DNA of 64,000 bases from a virus (taxonomy: Duplodnaviria; Caudoviricetes). Of the stretch, positions 37,383 through 47,038 are shown piece by piece. The DNA lies in IMG/VR virus record IMGVR_UViG_3300020576_002947, positions 1 through 64,000 of that record, one strand, 5' to 3'. The stretch's first letter is position 1; each line of letters begins with the position of its first letter. Below the pieces are notes generated by a model, which was not told the origin of the DNA, made no database searches, and saw only the letters and a list, made by a program, of their open reading frames with translations. The position numbers and the translations under genes are program-made.

Positions 37383-37510
37383 GCTGTCAGCCCTCAAAAG
37401 CTGACAGCTCGATTTTCTTTCCTGGACGACGAGTGGGATAAAAAGGGGGCAGACCATTGGGGTGGGTCTGCCCCCGCGACGAGTCACCCCTCTACTGACG
37501 CAATTGTCAG
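37383..37510 (+). promoter_or_regulatory. GC-rich multi-hairpin intergenic element
   Basis: gctgtcagc/gctgacagc, gggggcagacc/ggtctgccccc, ctgac/gtcag stems. Confidence 0.55.
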
Positions 37511-37519
37511 ACAGCTACA

Positions 37520-38320
37520 ATGCTTCCTGAATTCTCCACAAGGCATAAAGCTATTCCTAGCGGTACTTGGGTTAACCATTACTGCGATTTATCAGATCCT
37601 TCCAAAGAAACCATCAAGTTGATGAAGACTGCGGAGGAATATTTCAATCAATCTATCAAAGATCTTTGGGGTCTCCCAGTTACAAAGTTTGGGTGTCGAG
37701 ACCTTGTCTATTTCTCTGACATTGGCACTGTTGACAGCATGGCTCACATGCTCAACATTAACAATGGTAATCAGGTTGAGATTATCCAGCAGCACCTTGA
37801 CATGACCAAGCCTTGGATTCTTCCTAAGCTTGAGAAGTTTTGGAAAGCTCGTGGTAAGACTGAGCTGGATTTCTTTAACAAGGTTCTCACTACGGGCCAG
37901 TATTCCTCATTTGGCGCACCCCGCCTTATGTGGGCTAATAGATCATTCTATGGCAGTGTTAAGATTGGTGGAAACAATCTTGATCTGTACTTTATGAATA
38001 AGGAAATGTTGCTAGATACCCTGACCTTTTTTAGGACAGACTGGGCAACTGAATTATTCCAAGAGCAGATTAAGCCTTTTGAATGGTTCTATACTGTTAA
38101 CAACGTTCAGTGCGAAAGGACTTGTATTGGCAATGATGGTAATAAGATTCAGAGTCTTCAATCTCCTGCGTCGAGACCTATTGATCTCCAGCTTTGGTTG
38201 GCATCATGGGGCACGAACATGCTGAAGGCTACCTTTAACCATAACAACACAAAAGTTGTCCAGTATAACAGTAATCAGGCTAAGGTCACTGAGGCCTTGC
38301 TTGCAGGACTGAAAAAGTGA
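37520..38320 (+). CDS. putative prokaryotic E2-like conjugating enzyme
   Basis: NNV....TCIGN...W..SW.T resembles the N....g.vC.Gn catalytic motif of Prok-E2 families; overlaps the E1 start (GTGA). Confidence 0.45.
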   Translation: MLPEFSTRHKAIPSGTWVNHYCDLSDPSKETIKLMKTAEEYFNQSIKDLWGLPVTKFGCRDLVYFSDIGTVDSMAHMLNINNGNQVEIIQQHLDMTKPWILPKLEKFWKARGKTELDFFNKVLTTGQYSSFGAPRLMWANRSFYGSVKIGGNNLDLYFMNKEMLLDTLTFFRTDWATELFQEQIKPFEWFYTVNNVQCERTCIGNDGNKIQSLQSPASRPIDLQLWLASWGTNMLKATFNHNNTKVVQYNSNQAKVTEALLAGLKK

Positions 38321-39102
38321 GACATGTTATTGTTGTCGGAGCCGGGGCGGTCGGCTCCGCCTTTATCCAAGAGCTTTCAAAGTTCTGTCTTTCAAACCAT
38401 ATCCATACTACAGCCCATCTTTATGATTTTGATGATATTGAAGAACGAAACTGTGCTGCACAGTGCTTCGATGCCAGAGAGATCGGAGGATTAAAAGCTG
38501 TTGTTTGTTCTGAGAAGTTCTCAAACGAATACCTTACTATTACCCCATACAAGGAGTATGTTGACGCTAAAGTTATCGAGTCCTGGAAAACTCTTGATTG
38601 GTATGACAATGATATAGTCATTGTCGATGGTGTTGATAATCTAAAAACAAGAAAGCTGCTTTGGATGGAAGGCTTTATGTGTGACTTCAAGGTCATGCAT
38701 CTTGCCCTATCTGCCGAAGGTTTTGGCCTTGTTAACTGGAACTTCGGCACAGACAATACCTATTGCTATGACTTTAGCATTATCGGTGAGGATGAAATCG
38801 AGAAGAGGGATGAAGCTGCAAAGAACGCTGAGAAGCTTCCTCCTTGTGAATTGAACAAGCATCGTCACATGATGTTTAGTGTTGGTTTATCAGGAACCCA
38901 CTCTCTTATGAACTACTGGGGTATTCCAGACGAATGTCTTATTACCAAGTTGCTGGAAGAGCATGGTGTAAGATTTATCCCTAAACTTCTTTTCTCTTTC
39001 AGAACAACAATGGATCGAATTGAACTACTTTTGGGAGAAGGTCAAGTTATCAATACTGAACCTACAGAGCCAAATGGCGAAGAAGCAGCAAAGGAGAATT
39101 AA
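38317..39102 (+). CDS. ThiF/MoeB/E1-family adenylyltransferase
   Basis: GAGAVGS, DFD.IEERN..AQ, G.K, VDGVDN..TR, candidate catalytic Cys in LPPC. Confidence 0.92.
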   Translation: MRHVIVVGAGAVGSAFIQELSKFCLSNHIHTTAHLYDFDDIEERNCAAQCFDAREIGGLKAVVCSEKFSNEYLTITPYKEYVDAKVIESWKTLDWYDNDIVIVDGVDNLKTRKLLWMEGFMCDFKVMHLALSAEGFGLVNWNFGTDNTYCYDFSIIGEDEIEKRDEAAKNAEKLPPCELNKHRHMMFSVGLSGTHSLMNYWGIPDECLITKLLEEHGVRFIPKLLFSFRTTMDRIELLLGEGQVINTEPTEPNGEEAAKEN

Positions 39103-39109
39103 GAAAGAG

Positions 39110-41734
39110 ATGTCCCACTGGGCAGGAAACAACAATAATAACTATAACGGGGACAACAGAATCACGGTCGTCGGTCTTGACAAAACTGTTCTTGGTGAAG
39201 TCTTATGCTTTCCTTATGAATTCAACAACATTAAAGCAGTTTTCCAAGAAGAAGACACCAGGGTTCCTGGTGTCTACAAGGAACTCAATGCCAAGCATAT
39301 TGAGATCGTTATGCCTGCTGACTACATCCAGTGGAAAGCAAAGTCAGGCAAGACGGTTGCTATGTGCGCCTTTAATGCTAGCATGGGATTTATCAGCTGC
39401 AATCTGGGCAAACGACTAGATGGAGCTGATGAAGCCTGGTACAAAGCTATTCCTCAGACACATGCTGAGGGATTAAGAGAGGGGGCAACCTTCGATGTTA
39501 TTCAGGAACTGGTCCGACCTTACGGTATCGGCATTTCTGAAATCTGGGTCAGGAGCGACAAGTTCCTTAATCCAGATCTTGACAAGTGGAGGGAGTATCT
39601 CCCAGCTAACCCACTTTTTAACTTTTCTGATCCTAATGGAAGCTCTGCAGGTCTTACTGACAAGGAAGCTCTTGCAAACCCATTAGCTGATATGTTTGTT
39701 GATGAGAAAGATACCTGGAGAATGCACAGGATCAAGGGGCATGAGTCATTGGACGGCCCCCTTATCTATATGCGTGGTGGTGCTTCTGCAGCAGGTGGTG
39801 GTGGTCATGCTACCTATATCGGTCCTAGGTGGTCAGATAAGAACTTCGATTATGCCATTCGTCTTGATCACCTCTCCAATATCAATTACATAAAGGTACC
39901 TGATCCTATTGACACTACGGTGGAAATGGATATCAACTTGCCTGAGTCTTATCTGGTTAAGTCTACCGACGGGAATGTAAAGGTGAAAGACCTATACCCA
40001 AAAGGAGTGACTTATTCCCACAACAATCCTTATCAGAGTGGTGGGACGAACAGCTCGGCACACACGGTTACTATTTCTAGCACCGCGGATGAGGTAATAA
40101 AATTTATGTTTACTGCCGCTCCTGGTGCAGGAGTTTATTCGTCTGACTATAACAAGATGAAGTCTATGTTTTCTCAAGCGTTTAAGGGGGATTTCGAAGC
40201 TGTCTTCAGCATCGATAAACCTAGTTCATATACCAAGGACTTTTTCCCTCTTATAGCATCATTGAATAAAATGTTTCTTCTGCCTACTGATTTAGACCAG
40301 CTTGAGAAAGCATCGGCTATTTTCAGTAAGCAGCCTGCTGATCTAGGAGACTTTAGACTTAGTCCTGAAACCAAGGAAAATCCATACCCAACTCAGATTA
40401 GGGCTTGGATGGACAAGGTTAAGACTACAATTGACAAGAAGGAAATGTCATTGTATGGCTTATGGTCAGTCTATGTCTTCTTTAATATGTACTTCAATGC
40501 TCTTACTGAGGCTAGCATTAAGAAACTTTATGGAGATAAGCTTGGCCTTATGAGAGTTCTCTCAACATGGGCAATAGACTATGCTCTTAAAGTAGAACTT
40601 GCTGCTGGTGTCGAAGCAAAAGTAAAACTCATTACTGTTGAACCAGCAGAAAAGAAAGTTGCTACTATTGCTAAGAAATCAGACTTCCTTGCTATTGGAG
40701 GAATTAAGACTGCGGCTGAATTCAATCAGAGGCTTACACAATTAGCTGGAGAGGGTGTCATTCAGGAACATCTTTCCAAGACTGATATTGCAAGCTTTAC
40801 CATGATTGATGACGCTATCAAGGCTGTTCGAACCAAGTTGCTGAAGAACAAGTCTGCTGATATAGTACCTGAGTGTATTCTTGGTCAAGACTTCGGGGAG
40901 TATGATCTCATCATTTCCAAATGTGTTGAAGGCCGAAGAAAGCTAACTCGTATTGCGAGTGAAAAGCTTTTTGAGTCTATGCAATCTGTTTGGAAAGGCA
41001 AGAATGACATGCCTCCTGCTGACCTGTGTACTTTCCAGGCAGCTATGCTTATTACTAGCTGGTTCTGCAAGCCAGCTTTTGCTCATGCTGTATCCCTGTA
41101 CAGTTTCTTTGCGACAAAAACGCAAAGCACTGCTATTGTGAAGGACTACACTGAAACAAAGCTTGGGCATAACGACATGTTCAAGGCTTTTGTGGGAGTA
41201 CTTCGATCTATCCACACTGCTTACAAGGATGGCACTCTTGGACCTACTCTAGATCCAGGCATCAAGCTGTCCCAAGAAACTGAGCAGGTCCTTAGGATCT
41301 ATATGGTTCCTCCTTCTCCTGAGGTTGCAAAACTTCTTGAAGCTGTTATTCAGAACAGCGAAGAAGGCTATATGAGGTGGGTTGACAAGCAGGTCCTTGC
41401 TGACTGGAAACTCACTGGACCTCAGAACTTTATCGAACTTGATTGCAAGAAAGGAAACTTCTGGAACATTACCAATAGTAGTCCTTCCGATGCGATCTTC
41501 TTCCTTACTCTCTATGCCGCAGTAGTTCTTGCAGTTGATCAGAATGAGAATGAAGAAAGCCTTAGGCTCTTCACCCATAGTCTGTTCACTGAGTACGAGA
41601 ACTGCTTGGTTAGGGATGTCACCGAAGATATTTCTAAGGTTATCTTCATTGAGGATACTATCGAAACAGTAGCCGCCTTCCCCTGGAGTGTCTACGGCTA
41701 CATTACCGCACTTCTCAACAAGAAGGTTCGGTAG
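39110..41734 (+). CDS. large hypothetical protein (874 aa)
   Basis: Long ORF 8 nt after the E1 stop; no recognised motif. Confidence 0.85.
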   Translation: MSHWAGNNNNNYNGDNRITVVGLDKTVLGEVLCFPYEFNNIKAVFQEEDTRVPGVYKELNAKHIEIVMPADYIQWKAKSGKTVAMCAFNASMGFISCNLGKRLDGADEAWYKAIPQTHAEGLREGATFDVIQELVRPYGIGISEIWVRSDKFLNPDLDKWREYLPANPLFNFSDPNGSSAGLTDKEALANPLADMFVDEKDTWRMHRIKGHESLDGPLIYMRGGASAAGGGGHATYIGPRWSDKNFDYAIRLDHLSNINYIKVPDPIDTTVEMDINLPESYLVKSTDGNVKVKDLYPKGVTYSHNNPYQSGGTNSSAHTVTISSTADEVIKFMFTAAPGAGVYSSDYNKMKSMFSQAFKGDFEAVFSIDKPSSYTKDFFPLIASLNKMFLLPTDLDQLEKASAIFSKQPADLGDFRLSPETKENPYPTQIRAWMDKVKTTIDKKEMSLYGLWSVYVFFNMYFNALTEASIKKLYGDKLGLMRVLSTWAIDYALKVELAAGVEAKVKLITVEPAEKKVATIAKKSDFLAIGGIKTAAEFNQRLTQLAGEGVIQEHLSKTDIASFTMIDDAIKAVRTKLLKNKSADIVPECILGQDFGEYDLIISKCVEGRRKLTRIASEKLFESMQSVWKGKNDMPPADLCTFQAAMLITSWFCKPAFAHAVSLYSFFATKTQSTAIVKDYTETKLGHNDMFKAFVGVLRSIHTAYKDGTLGPTLDPGIKLSQETEQVLRIYMVPPSPEVAKLLEAVIQNSEEGYMRWVDKQVLADWKLTGPQNFIELDCKKGNFWNITNSSPSDAIFFLTLYAAVVLAVDQNENEESLRLFTHSLFTEYENCLVRDVTEDISKVIFIEDTIETVAAFPWSVYGYITALLNKKVR

Positions 41735-42804
41735 TTTAAGAGCTTATCCTTATTTCTTCTTGATACTATAGGGGACAAGAACCTGTAAAGGCGTCCCCTA
41801 TAGTGTTTAAACCATTTGGTGCTGATTTGGGTATTGAATGGAAGATATAGTGGTTCGTACTCTTTAAAGAATTGAAAAGTAGGTACATCACTATTCAAAA
41901 TTAGGGGAATTTTTGCTTGGATGGCCTCCAGTACAATTAAAGAAAAGCTCTCTGAAGTTGAGGGCATTATAAATAAATTACTAATATCTAGCAAAGATCT
42001 TACTGTTTCATGATCTGTAGTGATTTTAAACTGTTCAGAGACCTGAGACATAAAGATCATATTAGAATAACCTTTAATACTAGTTTCAATATCTTTACAG
42101 TTGTCCATTAAAACTAACTGTTGGATAGTAGTTGCATAAGAGTTAGGAACAATTAGAAGAGTCTTCCATTTAAAAGTCTTTTCTATTAAACTTAGTAGAA
42201 AAACTATTTTGTGTATACCTTTGAATTCAGCAATTCTTGTAGGATACACACAAACAAGGTCATATTTATTTAAATCATAATTATCGTACAAACACCTAAC
42301 CATAGGATTTTTAGGTGGTTTAGTAAAATGAGGTAAAACAATAACCTCCTCCTCTGGTACTGAATATCTTTCTGAGATACCCTTCACCATGTAAGGAGTT
42401 AAAGCTACATAGACCGCGTTTGGGTATGGTTGGTAGTTTAGTCCAGTATACTGCTGTCCAGTCAAACTATGACTCCACACAATGAATTTAACACTTGGAT
42501 TAAGGCGCCTTATTGCATAATTAAGGTGCATAAATCCTTCAATAAAAAACACATCATGGATTAAGCAAACTTCAACACCCAAAAAACATTCGGTAAGAGA
42601 CTCCTTTACTCGTTGGTAGTACTCTTCCAATCCCTCTGAAGTAATCCATCTTGGAAACATCCGAACTTCGTTAACCACGCTCTCTTTAAAATCTGAAGTT
42701 GTGATTAAGGTAGCCTCTGGAAAAACATCTAATTGGTTTTCTACGATTTGTGCTACACTATAACTCTTTTCAAACTTAGAGATTGGGCAAAGAATAGCAG
42801 TCAT
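41698..42804 (-). CDS. glycosyltransferase, GT-B fold (GT4-like)
   Basis: PTRI...KG, PS.SESFSL..LEA. Confidence 0.88.
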   Translation of the reverse strand: MTAILCPISKFEKSYSVAQIVENQLDVFPEATLITTSDFKESVVNEVRMFPRWITSEGLEEYYQRVKESLTECFLGVEVCLIHDVFFIEGFMHLNYAIRRLNPSVKFIVWSHSLTGQQYTGLNYQPYPNAVYVALTPYMVKGISERYSVPEEEVIVLPHFTKPPKNPMVRCLYDNYDLNKYDLVCVYPTRIAEFKGIHKIVFLLSLIEKTFKWKTLLIVPNSYATTIQQLVLMDNCKDIETSIKGYSNMIFMSQVSEQFKITTDHETVRSLLDISNLFIMPSTSESFSLIVLEAIQAKIPLILNSDVPTFQFFKEYEPLYLPFNTQISTKWFKHYRGRLYRFLSPIVSRRNKDKLLNYRTFLLRSAVM

Positions 42805-42824
42805 ACTGTTAATGTCGTACAGAA

Positions 42825-43931
42825 ATGGAACAATACCTTTCAACAAACAGAATTAAAGGGGATATCCCAACTATTATAGAATTAGGGGGAGAAGAAATTG
42901 AAATTCCTTCGACTCTTCAAAAGAATCTTTCTACTGTATCTTTAGACAGCAAGAACGCAGTAGTACGAAGTACTTTTATTTCTCCTGTTCTTGGAAGTAT
43001 ATTTAACTCCAGCAGGTTTGAAGATCCTGACATTAAGTTTGCTGAACTGAACAAAGCTCTGAAACTTTTAGACGAGTTAATTAGTAACTTTGTAAAAGAA
43101 TCTATTCTCAAGAGATCTCATAATCTAGGATTCAGTGCCTTTGCTCAGTCACATGAGAATGTAGGCGTTGATGAGGTAATGATATCTTCTGAGAGTTTTA
43201 AAGAACTCGTTAGATATAACAGCAATTGGTCTAAGTGTAGAAAAGTTGTTGTAGTTCGGTATCCTAATCTAGGGCCACAAACTACTATCGAGCTTAATCT
43301 GGTTATCCAGCAATCTAACAGACCTGGTGGAGAAATCAAATCAAAGTTAGGTTGCGTTTGGCTTAATCAAGCTGTTCTGAAGAACTGTCTTGAAGGCGAC
43401 GCAGATGGTGATATGATCTTTTGTAGCTTCAGTAAAAAAGGAACTCCTCTAATCCAAGACGTTCCTTTAGAAAGAAGCCAAGGTTCAATCACAGATAGCG
43501 ATATTAAACTTCTTATTAAAAAGTCTTTGGTAAACAAGGATCTTAATGAAGCAGAATACCTTGCTGCTCAGATTGATCATGTACCAATTGACAAAGCTAC
43601 CTATATTATTAGGTGGCTACTGTACCTTAAATCTCTTCAGTACACTAATGAATATCAGCCATTGAACAAAGCTTGGGAGGATATTGCTCCTGAAGCAATC
43701 AAGTTAGTTGAATTTGTCATGGACATTAGAAAAGGCGATTTTTCTAAAGAAGAGATTAAACAAAAGCTTGAATATATTGATAAAGTTTATCTTAATATTC
43801 AGATTCAGAAGTCTAAAGGACATTGGTTTGCAAAGACCGTTACCTCAGGAAAAATTCAGGACATTGAAAAGTTTCTTGAAACATTCCCTACTTCTCAATC
43901 CTACTTAGATTATTGTCAGAGAATAGAATAA
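42825..43931 (+). CDS. RNA polymerase beta'-like catalytic subunit (divergent)
   Basis: RYPNL (cf. R.P.L) and EGDADGD (DxDGD metal-binding motif). Confidence 0.8.
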   Translation: MEQYLSTNRIKGDIPTIIELGGEEIEIPSTLQKNLSTVSLDSKNAVVRSTFISPVLGSIFNSSRFEDPDIKFAELNKALKLLDELISNFVKESILKRSHNLGFSAFAQSHENVGVDEVMISSESFKELVRYNSNWSKCRKVVVVRYPNLGPQTTIELNLVIQQSNRPGGEIKSKLGCVWLNQAVLKNCLEGDADGDMIFCSFSKKGTPLIQDVPLERSQGSITDSDIKLLIKKSLVNKDLNEAEYLAAQIDHVPIDKATYIIRWLLYLKSLQYTNEYQPLNKAWEDIAPEAIKLVEFVMDIRKGDFSKEEIKQKLEYIDKVYLNIQIQKSKGHWFAKTVTSGKIQDIEKFLETFPTSQSYLDYCQRIE

Positions 43932-44164
43932 TGATCAGAGTTCCTCTTAACAATCCTATTAATTACAAAGATTCTTTATACACCGAAGTATTTTGCAGTG
44001 CAAACAGTTCACTAGGCAGAGCCTATTTATTAGGTCTGTCTATTCAACCTGCACAAACATTTAAAGCTATACTACCTGATAGCAGCAAAACTCCGGTTGA
44101 GGTTTACTGCGAAGGTCGGCAGTTTTTAGGGAAAGTACAATGGCCTGCACCATCAAAAAAGTAA
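43931..44164 (+). CDS. hypothetical protein between RNAP-like genes
   Basis: ORF coupled to both neighbours. Confidence 0.6.
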   Translation: MIRVPLNNPINYKDSLYTEVFCSANSSLGRAYLLGLSIQPAQTFKAILPDSSKTPVEVYCEGRQFLGKVQWPAPSKK

Positions 44165-45513
44165 AGAGTGGTTATTACAGTCAGTTCTATATCACTGTAA
44201 CTAAAGGAGATATTACCACCGAGTCCCCCACTACGGCAATACCTCCGACCATTATATTTAACGACAAAGGTTTTAAGATTCAAACTCTTGCTGATTTGGA
44301 GAAGGGTATCAAGAAGCATAACTACTTTGCAGGTAGTAAGGATTTTACCCAAGATAGAATCAACAACCTTACAGTTTCCCAGTATACGAAACATTTCTCA
44401 TCGTACCCTATTATTGAGAGGGAAGTAATCAACGGCAAGTGGGAAAACCATAAAGTTTCTGAGTTCCTTGCTCGAAGTTATGTTCTACTGGAACCTACCC
44501 AAGAGTACCAGGAAAAGCTTGCTAAGATGCCTTTTGTTGAGGCTGGGGAAGAGAAGGCAAAGCTGTTGGTAAAGCTACGCCCTTATATTGAGCAGAAACT
44601 AGAGCATAAGCTCGACTTCTATTCAATTCCTAAAAGGGATATCTCACAAAGAGTTTATCTTGCTGACAAAAACGGAACAGCTTTTATTGCAAAGCTTTTA
44701 TCTTTCGGCTTTCATAACGCCATCCCATGTAACCGAATTGTTCGAGAAGCAGGTTCTTTACGACAAGCGGAACGGTTTGCTAATCCATATCAACCTGTCA
44801 AAGTACACTCGGTTATTGAACCTTATACAACCTTTCTAAAGGTTGCTATTGTCAAGACTAGTCAGTCAATGCTTGACGGAGGGGATTTGTTCCCTTCAGG
44901 CCAAAAGAAAGTAGGTTCCGTTCTTCAGACAATCAAGCTTTTGCCTGATGTTGAAGATTTGAATCAACCTGATTTGGTTTATCGTCCAAACCAAGCCGGC
45001 CTAGATGTTTGGAGACAGGAGTTAATTTCATACGATGAAGTTAACGAAGGTACAGGTCCATGCAGATTAGTACTTCCAGGAGGAGTCAAAATATGTACGA
45101 GTCCTTCACCAATCCAACCACACTATCAAGATGAACCTATCGACCTTCTGTTAGACTTTACTACTTTAACAGCGAAAGGAGCTTTGGCTCTGTTTGCTAT
45201 GGTTAACGAAGATAGTTTCTCTTCTATTTGGGATTATGCTCAAGTTCTTGAAGTATTCAAATCACGAAAGCTCCAAGAGTTTAAGTATGGTTCTAAGACT
45301 CTTACAGGCTACATTTGTCTTATCCCTGTCATGAGACCGAGACAGAGACACATGGAGATTTGTAAACCTAGAAACGATATTTCGTTAGATATAGTAAGCC
45401 ACGCTATCTTAAATCAACGAATGGTTACATCCTCTTTTGTTGAGAACGAGTATCAAAGTTTAAGAAAATTTAGAAACTCTCTTGCTAATGAGATTTCACA
45501 AATAACAGGCTAA
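44140..45513 (+). CDS. RNA polymerase beta-like subunit (divergent)
   Basis: NRIVREAGSLRQAERFANP (cf. NRalM..MqRQAvP), GVK, PIDLLLD......K. Confidence 0.65.
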   Translation: MACTIKKVKSGYYSQFYITVTKGDITTESPTTAIPPTIIFNDKGFKIQTLADLEKGIKKHNYFAGSKDFTQDRINNLTVSQYTKHFSSYPIIEREVINGKWENHKVSEFLARSYVLLEPTQEYQEKLAKMPFVEAGEEKAKLLVKLRPYIEQKLEHKLDFYSIPKRDISQRVYLADKNGTAFIAKLLSFGFHNAIPCNRIVREAGSLRQAERFANPYQPVKVHSVIEPYTTFLKVAIVKTSQSMLDGGDLFPSGQKKVGSVLQTIKLLPDVEDLNQPDLVYRPNQAGLDVWRQELISYDEVNEGTGPCRLVLPGGVKICTSPSPIQPHYQDEPIDLLLDFTTLTAKGALALFAMVNEDSFSSIWDYAQVLEVFKSRKLQEFKYGSKTLTGYICLIPVMRPRQRHMEICKPRNDISLDIVSHAILNQRMVTSSFVENEYQSLRKFRNSLANEISQITG

Positions 45514-45514
45514 C

Positions 45515-46273
45515 ATGCACTTCAGCCCTTTAAGAACATTTTTAACTAGGTGCCCAGGTAAGAAAGATTTCTTACCACAAAACTATCTTTTACAACAAAT
45601 TCTAAAGTTTGGTAAAGGTAGAGATATTTTAGTCAGAGGTGAGTCTGGAGATGGGCTCACCTCTTTCTCTCTAGAACTGGTTAAGGATTTGCAACAGCAA
45701 GGATTTTTTGTTGTTTACTGCGACCTATCTAAGTCGTTATATGAATTTAGACTTTATGATATTGACAAGGAAAAGCTTGCTTATATCCAAGCATACGAAC
45801 CTAAAGATATCTTAGAAGTCGTAACAAAAATTAGACAACGATTAGGAAAGACTTTTCCTATTGTGTACGTTTTTGATAACATACATTATTTTTCAGACAG
45901 CAAAACTTGGAATTTAAAAGCTAAACCTGAGGAACTTCGAGACTCTATTAGAGCATACGATAACAACTGCGTAACTATCTTCACAGAACGTGCTAGAAAG
46001 ATAAGGAAGCCTGACTTAAACTGGTTTGAGATTATCGAAGTAATAGATTCTTCTGAACCAAACCATCTCTTCAACGGAGAGAAAATAGGTAAGCTAGTCA
46101 AGTTTCGCGGCAGTGTAGGTGCTTGTGATCTATTTATAGACTACCGCCTTGGTAGAATATCACCTGCTTTCCTTTACGCAAAGGAATTAATTTTAAAAGG
46201 AGAGGCAACTCCACTCTCAACATTTAATGGAGTAAGAGGAATTTGGAACTATGTCCAATCATATAAGCATTAA
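45515..46273 (+). CDS. RecA-fold protein with degenerate P-loop
   Basis: GESGDGLTS (Walker A Lys replaced), VVYCD, YVFDN. Confidence 0.55.
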   Translation: MHFSPLRTFLTRCPGKKDFLPQNYLLQQILKFGKGRDILVRGESGDGLTSFSLELVKDLQQQGFFVVYCDLSKSLYEFRLYDIDKEKLAYIQAYEPKDILEVVTKIRQRLGKTFPIVYVFDNIHYFSDSKTWNLKAKPEELRDSIRAYDNNCVTIFTERARKIRKPDLNWFEIIEVIDSSEPNHLFNGEKIGKLVKFRGSVGACDLFIDYRLGRISPAFLYAKELILKGEATPLSTFNGVRGIWNYVQSYKH

Positions 46274-46730
46274 AGAAATTATTTATGGAAACATTGATCG
46301 ACCTAGAGGAGAGGATCAACTAGTCTGTCCTGTTACTTTCTACATTGATGTAGAAGGGCAGGTAATCCCAATCCTGTACCTTGTCTCAGCAAAGACACTT
46401 GATGAACTGAAGAATTATTTATCTAAGATTCATACTATTGGTCTTACCTATTGTATGTCCTATCTAGAAGCTAATAACTTTGAGATTAGCTTTAAGCCTG
46501 AGTATCAAACTGTCATGGAGGAGCTTTGCAAGACCATGTCAAAACTCCCAAAGGACATGAGTAAGCTTGAGCAAAAGATTGTTGAACCTATCGATGATAC
46601 AGATCGACAAGAGATCTCTGATCTTTGCGATGAGATGGGAATTCGTCCTTTAAATACTGAGGGGTTTAATAAGTTGACCTTTCTAGTTTTGAAGGAATCT
46701 TTAAAGAGGTCTGCGACTAAGGCGTCATAA
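46251..46730 (+). CDS. hypothetical protein
   Basis: ORF. Confidence 0.75.
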   Translation: MSNHISIKEIIYGNIDRPRGEDQLVCPVTFYIDVEGQVIPILYLVSAKTLDELKNYLSKIHTIGLTYCMSYLEANNFEISFKPEYQTVMEELCKTMSKLPKDMSKLEQKIVEPIDDTDRQEISDLCDEMGIRPLNTEGFNKLTFLVLKESLKRSATKAS

Positions 46731-47038
46731 TGATCTTTGCTCATATTGGCAAGGTCATAGATATACAAGACAGAGAGTTTAAATGCAGAGATATTACTAC
46801 CGATGAAGTGTTTAGTCTTCATTGGACAGGAAAAGAATCTATTGCTGACTTACAAGATCAAACTTGTATTATCTATGGTGAGGTAAAAAGAGGTAAGTTC
46901 AATGCTGTACGTCTAGATATGAACAGATTTCTTACACCACTTTATGAAAACCATTTGGTTACAAATGTAATCAGTGCCCTTAAAGACCTTGAAGATAATC
47001 CATTCGACGACTTATACGAGAAATATTCCAGACTATGA
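46730..47038 (+). CDS. hypothetical protein (OB-fold-like)
   Basis: Beta-rich ORF preceding the helicase. Confidence 0.65.
   Translation: MIFAHIGKVIDIQDREFKCRDITTDEVFSLHWTGKESIADLQDQTCIIYGEVKRGKFNAVRLDMNRFLTPLYENHLVTNVISALKDLEDNPFDDLYEKYSRL

Noticed and set aside
38317-39102. ThiF/MoeB for cofactor biosynthesis
   Set aside because: No thi or moa genes in the window and the paired CxxC zinc motifs of MoeB/ThiF are absent; disfavoured but not excluded.
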